A stretch of 14,994 nucleotides of DNA from Candidatus Micrarchaeota archaeon (GCA_040754495.1 JBFMCO010000027.1:1-14994), one strand, 5' to 3'. Shown: positions 8,856 through 14,994, numbered from the stretch's first letter. Translations and numbers: made by a program. The notes: a model not told the origin generated them from the letters alone.

Positions 8856-9512
8856 TCATAATGCCTGTGCCCTGCCCCCCCGGGGCGCTTCCCTAAATGA
8901 AAGCAGGACATCCCGGACTGCCTGCCGCGCCCCATCAGGGCCGGTCTCTATGACCAGGTAGAGCACCCCGGCCGCCGCGTAGCGCACCTTGGGACGCTCG
9001 TCCCCGATAAGCCCGGCAAGAAGGGAGATTGCGCTCCCGTTTCCTGCGGTCGCTCTCGCCCCGAGGGCGTCGAAGGCCTCCCTGCGCATGAATTCGTCAT
9101 CCGGCTCAAGGGCCTCGAGCAGGACGCTTCCCCGCCCGGAATTGACCGCGAACAGCGTGAGGGCGCGCGCGGACAGGCAGCGCATGTTCTTGTCCTCGGA
9201 CATAAGTCCGGCCTCGAGAGCCGGGACCGCCGTTATTATGTCTATTCCCTCGCGCGCCGCTGCGCCGAGCGTCCAGCATGCAGGGATGGAATAATCAGGG
9301 TGCGAGAGTAGCAGCGACGCCTGTTCTATCCTGCCTGGCGAGGCACGCATCATGCCCACGGCCTTGAGCCTGTCTCCGCCGAAAAGGATGCGCTTGAACG
9401 CTTCGGCTTCCGTGTCCGTAGCCGGCCGCTCGGAATGCGGCATCAGGGACCGGAAGAAACGTCTGACCGATTCGCACATGCCGCCCGCCTTCGGGCCGCC
9501 CATCTTCTCCAT
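8856..9512 (-). CDS. HEAT-repeat protein
   Basis: Repeats such as LMSEDKNMRCLSARAL, LEPDDEFMRREAFDAL and LIGDERPKVRYAAAGVL. Start trimmed from 9659 because the extension crosses an AT-rich promoter region. Confidence 0.75.
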   Translation of the reverse strand: MEKMGGPKAGGMCESVRRFFRSLMPHSERPATDTEAEAFKRILFGGDRLKAVGMMRASPGRIEQASLLLSHPDYSIPACWTLGAAAREGIDIITAVPALEAGLMSEDKNMRCLSARALTLFAVNSGRGSVLLEALEPDDEFMRREAFDALGARATAGNGSAISLLAGLIGDERPKVRYAAAGVLYLVIETGPDGARQAVRDVLLSFREAPRGGRAQAL

Positions 9513-9716
9513 GCTGCCTGCCAGAAAAGCCACCTCAGTGCAGGAAGATGCATAAAAGGTCTTATAAAGACATTTTTTCACACTCGAATCCGCAGGTCGG
9601 GATGCGGTAGGACTAGGCTGATGCATAGGAATCATGAGCAATATTGTTGCATACCACATATTTCATCCAAAAAAATATATATAGCCAGCGAAATCCTGGC
9701 TATTCCGGGGGATGAT

Positions 9717-10091
9717 ATGGGCAAGCTTGGCGCCGGGGCTTTCGGACTGATAGCAAAGCTATCCCCACACCTAGAGAAGGCCTCGGCCCTTCTTGCTCCC
9801 TTCTTGCGGCGCAAGCCGATAGAATTCGAGCCAGAGGAGAGGCTTGCCATCTATCTGAGGCTCAGGGAGATGCGGAGGAAGATGGGCATCCCTGAGCCAG
9901 AACACCAGGATTCGGAGGAATTCCATGAAAGGCCAGCTTTCAGCCGAGATGCTGATAATGATAGTGGTGATAATGGCGGTCGTGGCGATAGCCGCCACCC
10001 AGCTTATAGGGACCGCGAAGGAGACCGGGGAGAACATCAAGAACCAGACAAAGAGCCTGAACGAACTCACTGCCAAGGCGCTGAAGGGTGA
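9717..10091 (+). CDS. Small hypothetical protein whose frame runs 167 nt into the pilin gene
   Basis: TATA-like ATATATAT at about 9675-9682, GGGGATGAT before the ATG, and an amphipathic/basic first 70 aa. Confidence 0.45.
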   Translation: MGKLGAGAFGLIAKLSPHLEKASALLAPFLRRKPIEFEPEERLAIYLRLREMRRKMGIPEPEHQDSEEFHERPAFSRDADNDSGDNGGRGDSRHPAYRDREGDRGEHQEPDKEPERTHCQGAEG

Positions 10092-10161
10092 GTCCGGGGA
10101 GAGATGCGTTGTTGACGACGATTGCCTGAGCGGGGGCTGTACGCATTACAGGTGCGACTAG
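9925..10161 (+). CDS. Class III signal-peptide (type IV pilin-like) protein with a C-terminal four-Cys motif
   Basis: MKG|QLSAE prepilin peptidase site followed by a hydrophobic helix, a GGAGG ribosome-binding site, and C-terminal CVVDDDCLSGGCTHYRCD. Confidence 0.88.
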   Translation: MKGQLSAEMLIMIVVIMAVVAIAATQLIGTAKETGENIKNQTKSLNELTAKALKGESGERCVVDDDCLSGGCTHYRCD

Positions 10162-10190
10162 AAGAGAACTTGAAACCGTAGCCTCAGACC

Positions 10191-10218
10191 GGAAACTGAA
10201 AACAGGAAACACAAAACC
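10191..10218 (+). repeat. Four tandem degenerate heptamers (GGAAACT GAAAACA GGAAACA CAAAACC), intergenic
   Basis: Read directly. U-rich when read on the minus strand. Confidence 0.65.
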
Positions 10219-10255
10219 CATTAGACGTACCTGGATTACATTGGAGAAACAGATT

Positions 10256-10485
10256 TGCACCCGGGAAACGGGGCACGCCACAATTTCGCGGCACGCCCCT
10301 GCACCCTCAAGGTCCGGGCGAAGCACGACCAACTGCCTTCTACAGCAGCCGGCCAAAGCCACACGGGCAGCCTACCAACGCTCTGGCAAGCGGCGACGGG
10401 GCAAGCCCTCAGGGGGAAAAGCCCTCAGTCAAGCGCCGTTGCAACCGGCGATCGGTTGCCGCCACACCCGAAATGCCCAGGTGCA
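10256..10485 (-). ncRNA. Unassigned structured RNA candidate (about 230 nt)
   Basis: 10-bp terminal helix UGCACCUGGG/CCCGGGUGCA encloses at least four hairpins. At least 12 non-Watson-Crick positions become G-U on the minus strand (A-C on plus). TATA box about 22 nt upstream, and no credible ORF. Confidence 0.65.
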
Positions 10486-10506
10486 TAGGATAATGCGATT
10501 TTTTCA

Positions 10507-10514
10507 TTTATAAA
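10507..10514 (-). promoter_or_regulatory. TATA box positioned to start transcription at the 5' end of the RNA candidate
   Basis: TTTATAAA ends about 22 nt before position 10485. Confidence 0.6.
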
Positions 10515-10529
10515 TGTTACACCGGAAAG

Positions 10530-10563
10530 TTTGACATCCGTCAAACGTTAGACGCATGTCAAA
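10530..10563. promoter_or_regulatory. 34-bp palindrome made of two tandem TTTGAC-N4-GTCAAA-type operators
   Basis: TTTGACATCCGTCAAA (10530-10545) and TTAGACGCATGTCAAA (10548-10563), lying between divergent promoters. Confidence 0.7.
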
Positions 10564-10603
10564 GTAGCCGCCTTTTTTTAACCTTGCACCAGAATCAGCA
10601 TCG

Positions 10604-11593
10604 ATGATAATCGAGATCGCCCTGGTGCTCGTTGGCCTCTACCTCATATTGAAAGGCTCTGACTGGGTGACCGACGCCGCAGTGCCCCTTGCGGCATTCC
10701 TGAATACGACCTACGTTGCCGTAGGCCTCGTGCTCGTTTCCGTCCTATTGAGCCTCCCGGAGCTCCTGGTCTCCCTCAGTTCGCTCATCAAAGGGCATAC
10801 GGACATAGGGGTAGGCGTCATCATCGGCTCGGTAATAGTCAACCTTGGCCTTATAATCGGCATCTCCGCCCTCATCAGGCCCCTCAGGATACCCAGGCAC
10901 GTGATAACCCGCGACGCGGTGTTCATGCTCGTCGCCACCATGGTAGTTACGCTCGTGGTGCTAGAGGACCTTCAGGTAACGGCAAGGGACGGCATCGTGT
11001 TCCTGCTTCTGTTCATCCCGTATCTCGTAAACGTCTGGGAGCAGGAGAAGAACCTGGCTGCGAAGGAGAGGAGGAAGGAATCCGAGATGATTTCGAAGAC
11101 GCTGCAGTTCGTGGGGAAGCTGGGCGGGGCCGAGGTCATCATCCATGACAGCAGGGTGATATTCGTCATTGGGATGCTTATGCTTCTTGCCGGCACCGAG
11201 CTTTTCACCGGCTCGATGATAAGCCTTGCTGCCATCCTCAACATCCCGGAGATTTTCATCGGCCTCACGCTAGGCGCCATCGGCCCGAGCATCCCGAACC
11301 TCGCGGCCGCGGTCCAGGCGGTGAGGAGGGGCTACGACGAGCTCGCGGTATCCGAAACTATAGGCTCCAACATATTCACCCTCCTCATCACGCTGGGCAT
11401 CCTGGCCATCGCCCGGCCCTTCACCATAGACCTTGTAACGGCAGGGGTGACCGGCCCGGCCCTGCTCCTCGTTACCGGCACTTTCTTCGTCTTCGCCTTA
11501 AGGGGCACGATAAGCCGCTCTTCCGGCCTCGTCCTCATCACGCTTTATGGCATTTCCCTTGCCGCCGAGTACCTGTTCAGGATAGGGCTGTAG
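10604..11593 (+). CDS. Cation/Ca2+ antiporter (CaCA, YrbG/NCX_Mj-like) with atypical alpha-repeats
   Basis: Two hydrophobic halves with alpha-1 LSLPE/GSVIVN and alpha-2 GPSIPN/GSNIFT. TATA-like T-tract plus AA at about 10573-10581. Confidence 0.88.
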   Translation: MIIEIALVLVGLYLILKGSDWVTDAAVPLAAFLNTTYVAVGLVLVSVLLSLPELLVSLSSLIKGHTDIGVGVIIGSVIVNLGLIIGISALIRPLRIPRHVITRDAVFMLVATMVVTLVVLEDLQVTARDGIVFLLLFIPYLVNVWEQEKNLAAKERRKESEMISKTLQFVGKLGGAEVIIHDSRVIFVIGMLMLLAGTELFTGSMISLAAILNIPEIFIGLTLGAIGPSIPNLAAAVQAVRRGYDELAVSETIGSNIFTLLITLGILAIARPFTIDLVTAGVTGPALLLVTGTFFVFALRGTISRSSGLVLITLYGISLAAEYLFRIGL

Positions 11594-12277
11594 CTATTTC
11601 ATTACCTTGAAATTGAACATCGGCGTCTGGAGGGCGCCCCAGAGCCTGAGCCATATCGGAAGGAGCATTTCGGTCCCTCTTGCCGTCGTGATGTCGCCGA
11701 GGTCTATTACGTTCTTCCACCCGTACCACTCCCCGAGCAGCCGCACGACCTCCTTCTTGGCGCCGGCATCGTTTCCGCTCACGAAAACGTGGTGGTCCCC
11801 GCCAGCCACGAGCGCCGGTGCCACCTGGAGCATGGCGTTCACGGTGTTCAGCGTCTTCACGACGCGGGCTGCAGGGAAGGAGCGCTGAATCCTCTCGCCG
11901 AGGGAGTCCGTATTGCAGAAAAGGAGCGAGGGCGGCATACCTTTCGAGAAATCGAGGGGGTTGGAGATGTCGATTAGTATTTTTCCCCTGAGATTTTTCT
12001 CGCCGGCCGTCTTCAGTGCGTCCATGGAGTGCTCGCCTTTCGTGGCATTGATGACGATTTCCCCATGCGCGGCCGCCTCCGGGAACGTGCCGAGATTCAC
12101 TTTCTGGTTCTTTGCCATCCACTCCCTGATGGGAGGGTTCCCGAAAGCGTCCGGCTTCCGGTTCGCGAGCGTCTTCATAACGTCCCTGGTGCCGATAATG
12201 ACGTCGTGGCCGAGGCCGCTTAGTTTGGCGGCGTGCGACTGCCCCACTGTGCCCGTGCCCAAGATTCCGATTTTCAT
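11594..12277 (-). CDS. F420-dependent NADP oxidoreductase-family (Fno/NpdG-like) protein
   Basis: Rossmann motif GILGTGTVG, plus IDISNPLDF, VVKTLNT and DLGDITTARGTE. Minus-strand ATAAATA about 22 nt upstream. Confidence 0.87.
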   Translation of the reverse strand: MKIGILGTGTVGQSHAAKLSGLGHDVIIGTRDVMKTLANRKPDAFGNPPIREWMAKNQKVNLGTFPEAAAHGEIVINATKGEHSMDALKTAGEKNLRGKILIDISNPLDFSKGMPPSLLFCNTDSLGERIQRSFPAARVVKTLNTVNAMLQVAPALVAGGDHHVFVSGNDAGAKKEVVRLLGEWYGWKNVIDLGDITTARGTEMLLPIWLRLWGALQTPMFNFKVMK

Positions 12278-12479
12278 GGGATGCAGTCTCCAGGGCGGTA
12301 TTTATGTTTTGCCAGTGAGAAAAAAGACACGCGAAATAAGGAGAAAAAAGCCGCGTAAGAGGTTTATCCTTTTAGCGCAAAGCCCTGCGATTTCGTACAA
12401 CATCCAGCATTTTTACACAGGATATCGCATAAAGACTTCTTAAAGATGCGTTGAAATGCCTGGCTCGACCCGATAATCA

Positions 12480-13103
12480 TTACTTCTTCTCCTTCCTTTT
12501 CAGCTTAGATAAAATCGGGACATCAAGCTTGAAGGTCTGGCTAAATGCTTCAAGGCGCCTGACAAAAAGCGCTCTTAAATCATCGGCTAAAGATTGCGAA
12601 TTCAATTCGTCCTCGATGACCTTCCAGTTGAGGTCTGGATACAAAACCTGCATGTCCGGCAGATCCCTTTTCCTGCCTTCACTGGCCAACCCCTTGAAAA
12701 GGAAAATGTCCTCTTTTGAGAGGAGGTAAACGGAAAGGTCGCCATACTTCTTGAACAATTCGGCTCTCGTGATCATCGGGTGGGATAAAACCAGCTTATT
12801 TATCACCTGCATCACGAACAGATCGAGATGGAACCCGTCTTTGTTTTCGAACATTCTTGTTGCATGGAGAAGCTCGTGTTCGCTTTTGACCGTGAAGGGT
12901 TCGACATACTGGGCTCCGAACAAAGCGTCGCAGAAGAGTTCATAATCAGCGTTATCCCTAAAGACGATATCGATATCATTTGTGGTTTCTTTCAGATTGC
13001 GGAAAGACATTGCGCAGCCGCCAATAAGGTAAATGCTGACGGGTCTCTTGACCCTAGCTCCTATCTTTCCAAGTTCCTGATCGATATACGTCGCATCAAA
13101 CAT
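12480..13103 (-). CDS. Nucleotidyltransferase, DUF6036/AbiEii-like; putative type IV toxin
   Basis: YLIGGCAM...TTNDIDIV (GG...DxD Pol-beta-like motif) and KG.A..GRKRDL.D. ATG at 13103 follows a GGAGG-rich ribosome-binding site and overlaps the upstream stop. Confidence 0.8.
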   Translation of the reverse strand: MFDATYIDQELGKIGARVKRPVSIYLIGGCAMSFRNLKETTNDIDIVFRDNADYELFCDALFGAQYVEPFTVKSEHELLHATRMFENKDGFHLDLFVMQVINKLVLSHPMITRAELFKKYGDLSVYLLSKEDIFLFKGLASEGRKRDLPDMQVLYPDLNWKVIEDELNSQSLADDLRALFVRRLEAFSQTFKLDVPILSKLKRKEKK

Positions 13104-14007
13104 GTGCAACCCCCTCCACCTCCTCCCAGGTCGGGAACCCTGATGGGGAAGACTTTCCTTTTGAACGCATGAATTCGATGAGGTCGTTTATGAACTCTTC
13201 ACCCAATCCAAAGCGCTGCTTTTTTTCTAAGAGCCGCTTCAGGTCCAGATCATTCTTTAACATGAGGGCGCCGACATAGGCAATGCTGCGGGCATCGTTC
13301 GAGATGGCTAGCGTATGGAGTATAATGTCGGCTGGTTCTGGACGGATATTTGCATAATAGTATTTTCCGGCAAGGATCAGCGATATCCCGTATCGGGCAA
13401 ATGCGCTGTAGGCTGTTGGCCAGTATCGATTGGAGCTGATTTTTTTATCGGTGACAAAGACAGCCTCTAGACCTTTGGCGCTGTTGAACGAAAATCGGGT
13501 TTCCTTTACTGCTCCGAGTTCAGCTTCAGCTTCGGCGAGATATAGGTGCATAAGCACTCGACGCGAGAAGTCAGCGAGGGGGTAGGCGTCTTCGCGTAGT
13601 TCGTAAATTCCCTTGGAAGCCATGAAAACGATACCGAGCGACCGAAGTTTTTTCAGCATCCTTTTGGCAGTCACGGCTGGCAGGTCAATCTCTGAAAGTC
13701 GAAATGAGGTCTTTGTACTAAGGAAACTCAAAAGGAATGGCACAGCGCCAATCAGAATATCAGCTAGCCGGATTGAAGAAAATCCGGCTTTGGCGCTGGC
13801 AAAACCGAATGACAGTTGTGGATCGATGCGTATCTCTGTATTGCGGCCTATTTTCGCAATGATTACCAAGCGAAGCTTAACGAGTTTTCGCAGGTATTTC
13901 GAAAGATTGGATTTTTTTATGCCTAAGGCTGCTGAGAGCTCCTTGGCGGTTGCCTTTTTTCCAAGGACGAAATCGAGTATCTCGGCTTCTCGTTTGCTTA
14001 GCTTCAT
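13096..14007 (-). CDS. Winged-helix transcriptional regulator, putative AbiEi-like antitoxin
   Basis: N-terminal wHTH (TAKELSAALGIKKSNLSKYLRKL), a second HTH-like segment, and a C-terminal domain. Overlaps the nucleotidyltransferase gene by 8 nt. Confidence 0.78.
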   Translation of the reverse strand: MKLSKREAEILDFVLGKKATAKELSAALGIKKSNLSKYLRKLVKLRLVIIAKIGRNTEIRIDPQLSFGFASAKAGFSSIRLADILIGAVPFLLSFLSTKTSFRLSEIDLPAVTAKRMLKKLRSLGIVFMASKGIYELREDAYPLADFSRRVLMHLYLAEAEAELGAVKETRFSFNSAKGLEAVFVTDKKISSNRYWPTAYSAFARYGISLILAGKYYYANIRPEPADIILHTLAISNDARSIAYVGALMLKNDLDLKRLLEKKQRFGLGEEFINDLIEFMRSKGKSSPSGFPTWEEVEGVAHV

Positions 14008-14058
14008 CGTATCAAATTATATAACTATAAGCATATAAAGTTATGTTTTTTGATACGA
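14007..14058. promoter_or_regulatory. 52-bp imperfect palindrome enclosing the TATA box of the wHTH/nucleotidyltransferase operon
   Basis: TCGTATCAAA (14007-14016)/TTTGATACGA (14049-14058) plus ATAACT (14021-14026)/AGTTAT (14039-14044). Minus-strand CTTTATAT at 14033-14040. Confidence 0.65.
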
Positions 14059-14065
14059 AAATGCG

Positions 14066-14107
14066 AAGTTAACAAAACCCTGTCAAAATTGTTAACTTTG
14101 TTAACTT
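14066..14107. promoter_or_regulatory. 11-bp perfect inverted repeat with three GTTAAC cores
   Basis: AAGTTAACAAA (14066-14076)/TTTGTTAACTT (14097-14107), with an extra GTTAAC at 14091-14096. Confidence 0.55.
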
Positions 14108-14231
14108 GTTGGCATGTAGGCCCTGGAGAGTACCAGACTAAGTATTTATAGTTGCTGTTTATATATATTTGTGTTCTTAATTCTATATTATTATACACAT
14201 ATTTGGTTTAGATATAAACGGGGGACAATGC

Positions 14232-14930
14232 ATGCAAAATCTTGATAGGAAAAGGCTGGCTGAAAAAGCCAATTTTCCTAAACTTAGGGAAGTTGTCGTA
14301 GGAGTTTCTCTTATGTTATCCGGCCCACTTTCAGGGTGCGGCTCTGACCTTTCAACAGCAGATCGTGGATATCATACGCCTATGCCCAGAGTAGATTATT
14401 CTGATATAAGCGAGGTTGAGGGCCGACTGGTTTCCATTGTGCGGAATTCGCAAAACCGGGAAGACATACTTAGGGCTATTGATGGGCTAAGCCGTTTAGT
14501 TTGCGACCCGAACGCGACACTTGGCGCAGGAGCGTTGGTGATCGTTGCAAGATGGTCGGAATCAGACTTGGCCAGGTCAGCGGCGGTAGGCCGTCTCGCG
14601 GGAAATGCAGACGCCTTGGCGGAGGTCCTTGTTTACGCCTACCCGGAGGATACCAGAGAAGAGGCGCTTGGCCACCTTTTACGGATACTTAACAATCCAA
14701 ACATCTCAATGAGCAAAGAAACGCTGATTATAATAGCGACAGAGATAGACGCCCTTGCCACCGAGGGAAGATTCATAGATTCCACCTATTCTGCTGCGAG
14801 AATTGCCGCAGTCAACCGCCTTCGGGAGGATGCCGGTGCCCTGGCAGAGATTGCAGAATATTCCGAATTCGAGGACAGCGAGCGGCTTGCACGCCGCTAT
14901 TTGCGCGAGCTAGGTGTCCAGACCCAGTGA
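14232..14930 (+). CDS. Putative lipoprotein/secreted protein with duplicated HEAT-like helical repeat
   Basis: Basic N-region, hydrophobic stretch and LSGC. Internal duplication ARSAAVGRLAGNADALAEV / ARIAAVNRLREDAGALAEI. Confidence 0.75.
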   Translation: MQNLDRKRLAEKANFPKLREVVVGVSLMLSGPLSGCGSDLSTADRGYHTPMPRVDYSDISEVEGRLVSIVRNSQNREDILRAIDGLSRLVCDPNATLGAGALVIVARWSESDLARSAAVGRLAGNADALAEVLVYAYPEDTREEALGHLLRILNNPNISMSKETLIIIATEIDALATEGRFIDSTYSAARIAAVNRLREDAGALAEIAEYSEFEDSERLARRYLRELGVQTQ

Positions 14931-14942
14931 AGGGGAATCTGG

Positions 14943-14984
14943 CAAAAAAAGAATAAAAAGCCGGGTAAGGGAGATATTCTCCCT
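14943..14984 (-). terminator. Possible terminator of a convergent gene beyond the window
   Basis: 7-bp hairpin AGGGAGA-TAT-TCTCCCT (14968-14984) followed on the minus strand by T-tracts. Confidence 0.3.
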
Positions 14985-14994
14985 GGATAGGAAT

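Larger units (their letters stand above)
12300..14230. other. Lower-GC segment, probably horizontally acquired
   Basis: Spot GC counts: 25/60 (12481-12540) and 27/60 (13441-13500) versus 42/60 (781-840). No integrase, transposase or tRNA seen in the window. Confidence 0.6.

Noticed and set aside
7453-8961. 502-aa plus-strand ORF
   Set aside because: In-register antisense shadow of 7468-8790, expected from GC-rich codon bias. No motifs.
9513-9659. N-terminal extensions in the ORF track (HEAT gene to 9659; also 2593, 7505, 9435, 13109)
   Set aside because: They cross promoter-like AT-rich DNA or neighbouring genes, and downstream ATGs fit ribosome-binding site or TATA spacing better.
10308-10325. 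Plus-strand CAAGGTCCGGGCGAAGCA resembles SRP RNA helix 8 (CAGGUCCGGAAGGAAGCA)
   Set aside because: It is one base short with no GNRA loop, and the surrounding helices would carry many A-C mismatches on the plus strand. Probably coincidental, but cmsearch should settle it.
10411-10424. GGGGAAAAGCCC as RNase P CR-I, or CUGAGGG as a hammerhead core
   Set aside because: Wrong strand or position relative to the terminal helix, no CR-V, and no correctly placed CUGAnGA/GAAA pair.
10256-10485. MITE interpretation of the 10-bp terminal inverted repeat
   Set aside because: No target-site duplication is visible, the single mismatch is a strand-specific G-U, and a TATA box is positioned exactly upstream. 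Disfavoured, but not excluded without a copy-number search.
10241-10513. Short plus-strand ORFs (10241-10513, 10255-10488) and minus ORF 9940-10362
   Set aside because: No ribosome-binding site, promoter or recognisable motif. They are better explained as open frames across GC-rich structured RNA.
12317-12350. Direct repeat GAGAAAAAAG x2 as an attachment site for the low-GC segment
   Set aside because: Both copies are at the same end with no partner at the far side. More simply read as minus-strand T-tracts (terminators).
12426-12450. Weak palindrome CGCAT...ATGCG with a possible antisense promoter and ORF 12451-12729 opposite the toxin
   Set aside because: Only 5-bp arms, and the ORF is an antisense shadow with no independent support.
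1-14994. CRISPR arrays, tRNA/rRNA genes, integrases or transposases
   Set aside because: No regularly spaced 24-47-bp repeats, T-loop consensus, rRNA signature or recombinase/DDE motif was found by eye.

Overview
Compact, GC-rich archaeal chromosome segment. TATA boxes about 22-26 nt before start codons, GGTGA/GGAGG ribosome-binding sites, a class III signal-peptide pilin and many HEAT/orphan proteins suggest a DPANN archaeon such as Micrarchaeota (inference, not a database result). It encodes the end of a classical mevalonate module (diphosphomevalonate decarboxylase C-terminus plus ERG8-type phosphomevalonate kinase), a membrane-anchored thioredoxin-fold protein, a class II glutamine amidotransferase, a blue-copper lipoprotein, a split LplB/LplA lipoate ligase, an MFS transporter, a YgjP/DUF45 metalloprotein, YjbQ, several orphans, a Cys-tipped pilin, a CaCA antiporter with altered ion-binding motifs, an F420-dependent NADP oxidoreductase-family protein, and a lower-GC wHTH plus nucleotidyltransferase pair resembling a type IV toxin-antitoxin module. 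The most striking unannotated element is an approximately 230-nt, strand-specific, multi-helix RNA candidate (10485->10256, minus strand) with its own TATA box. It shares a twin palindromic operator with the divergent antiporter gene.
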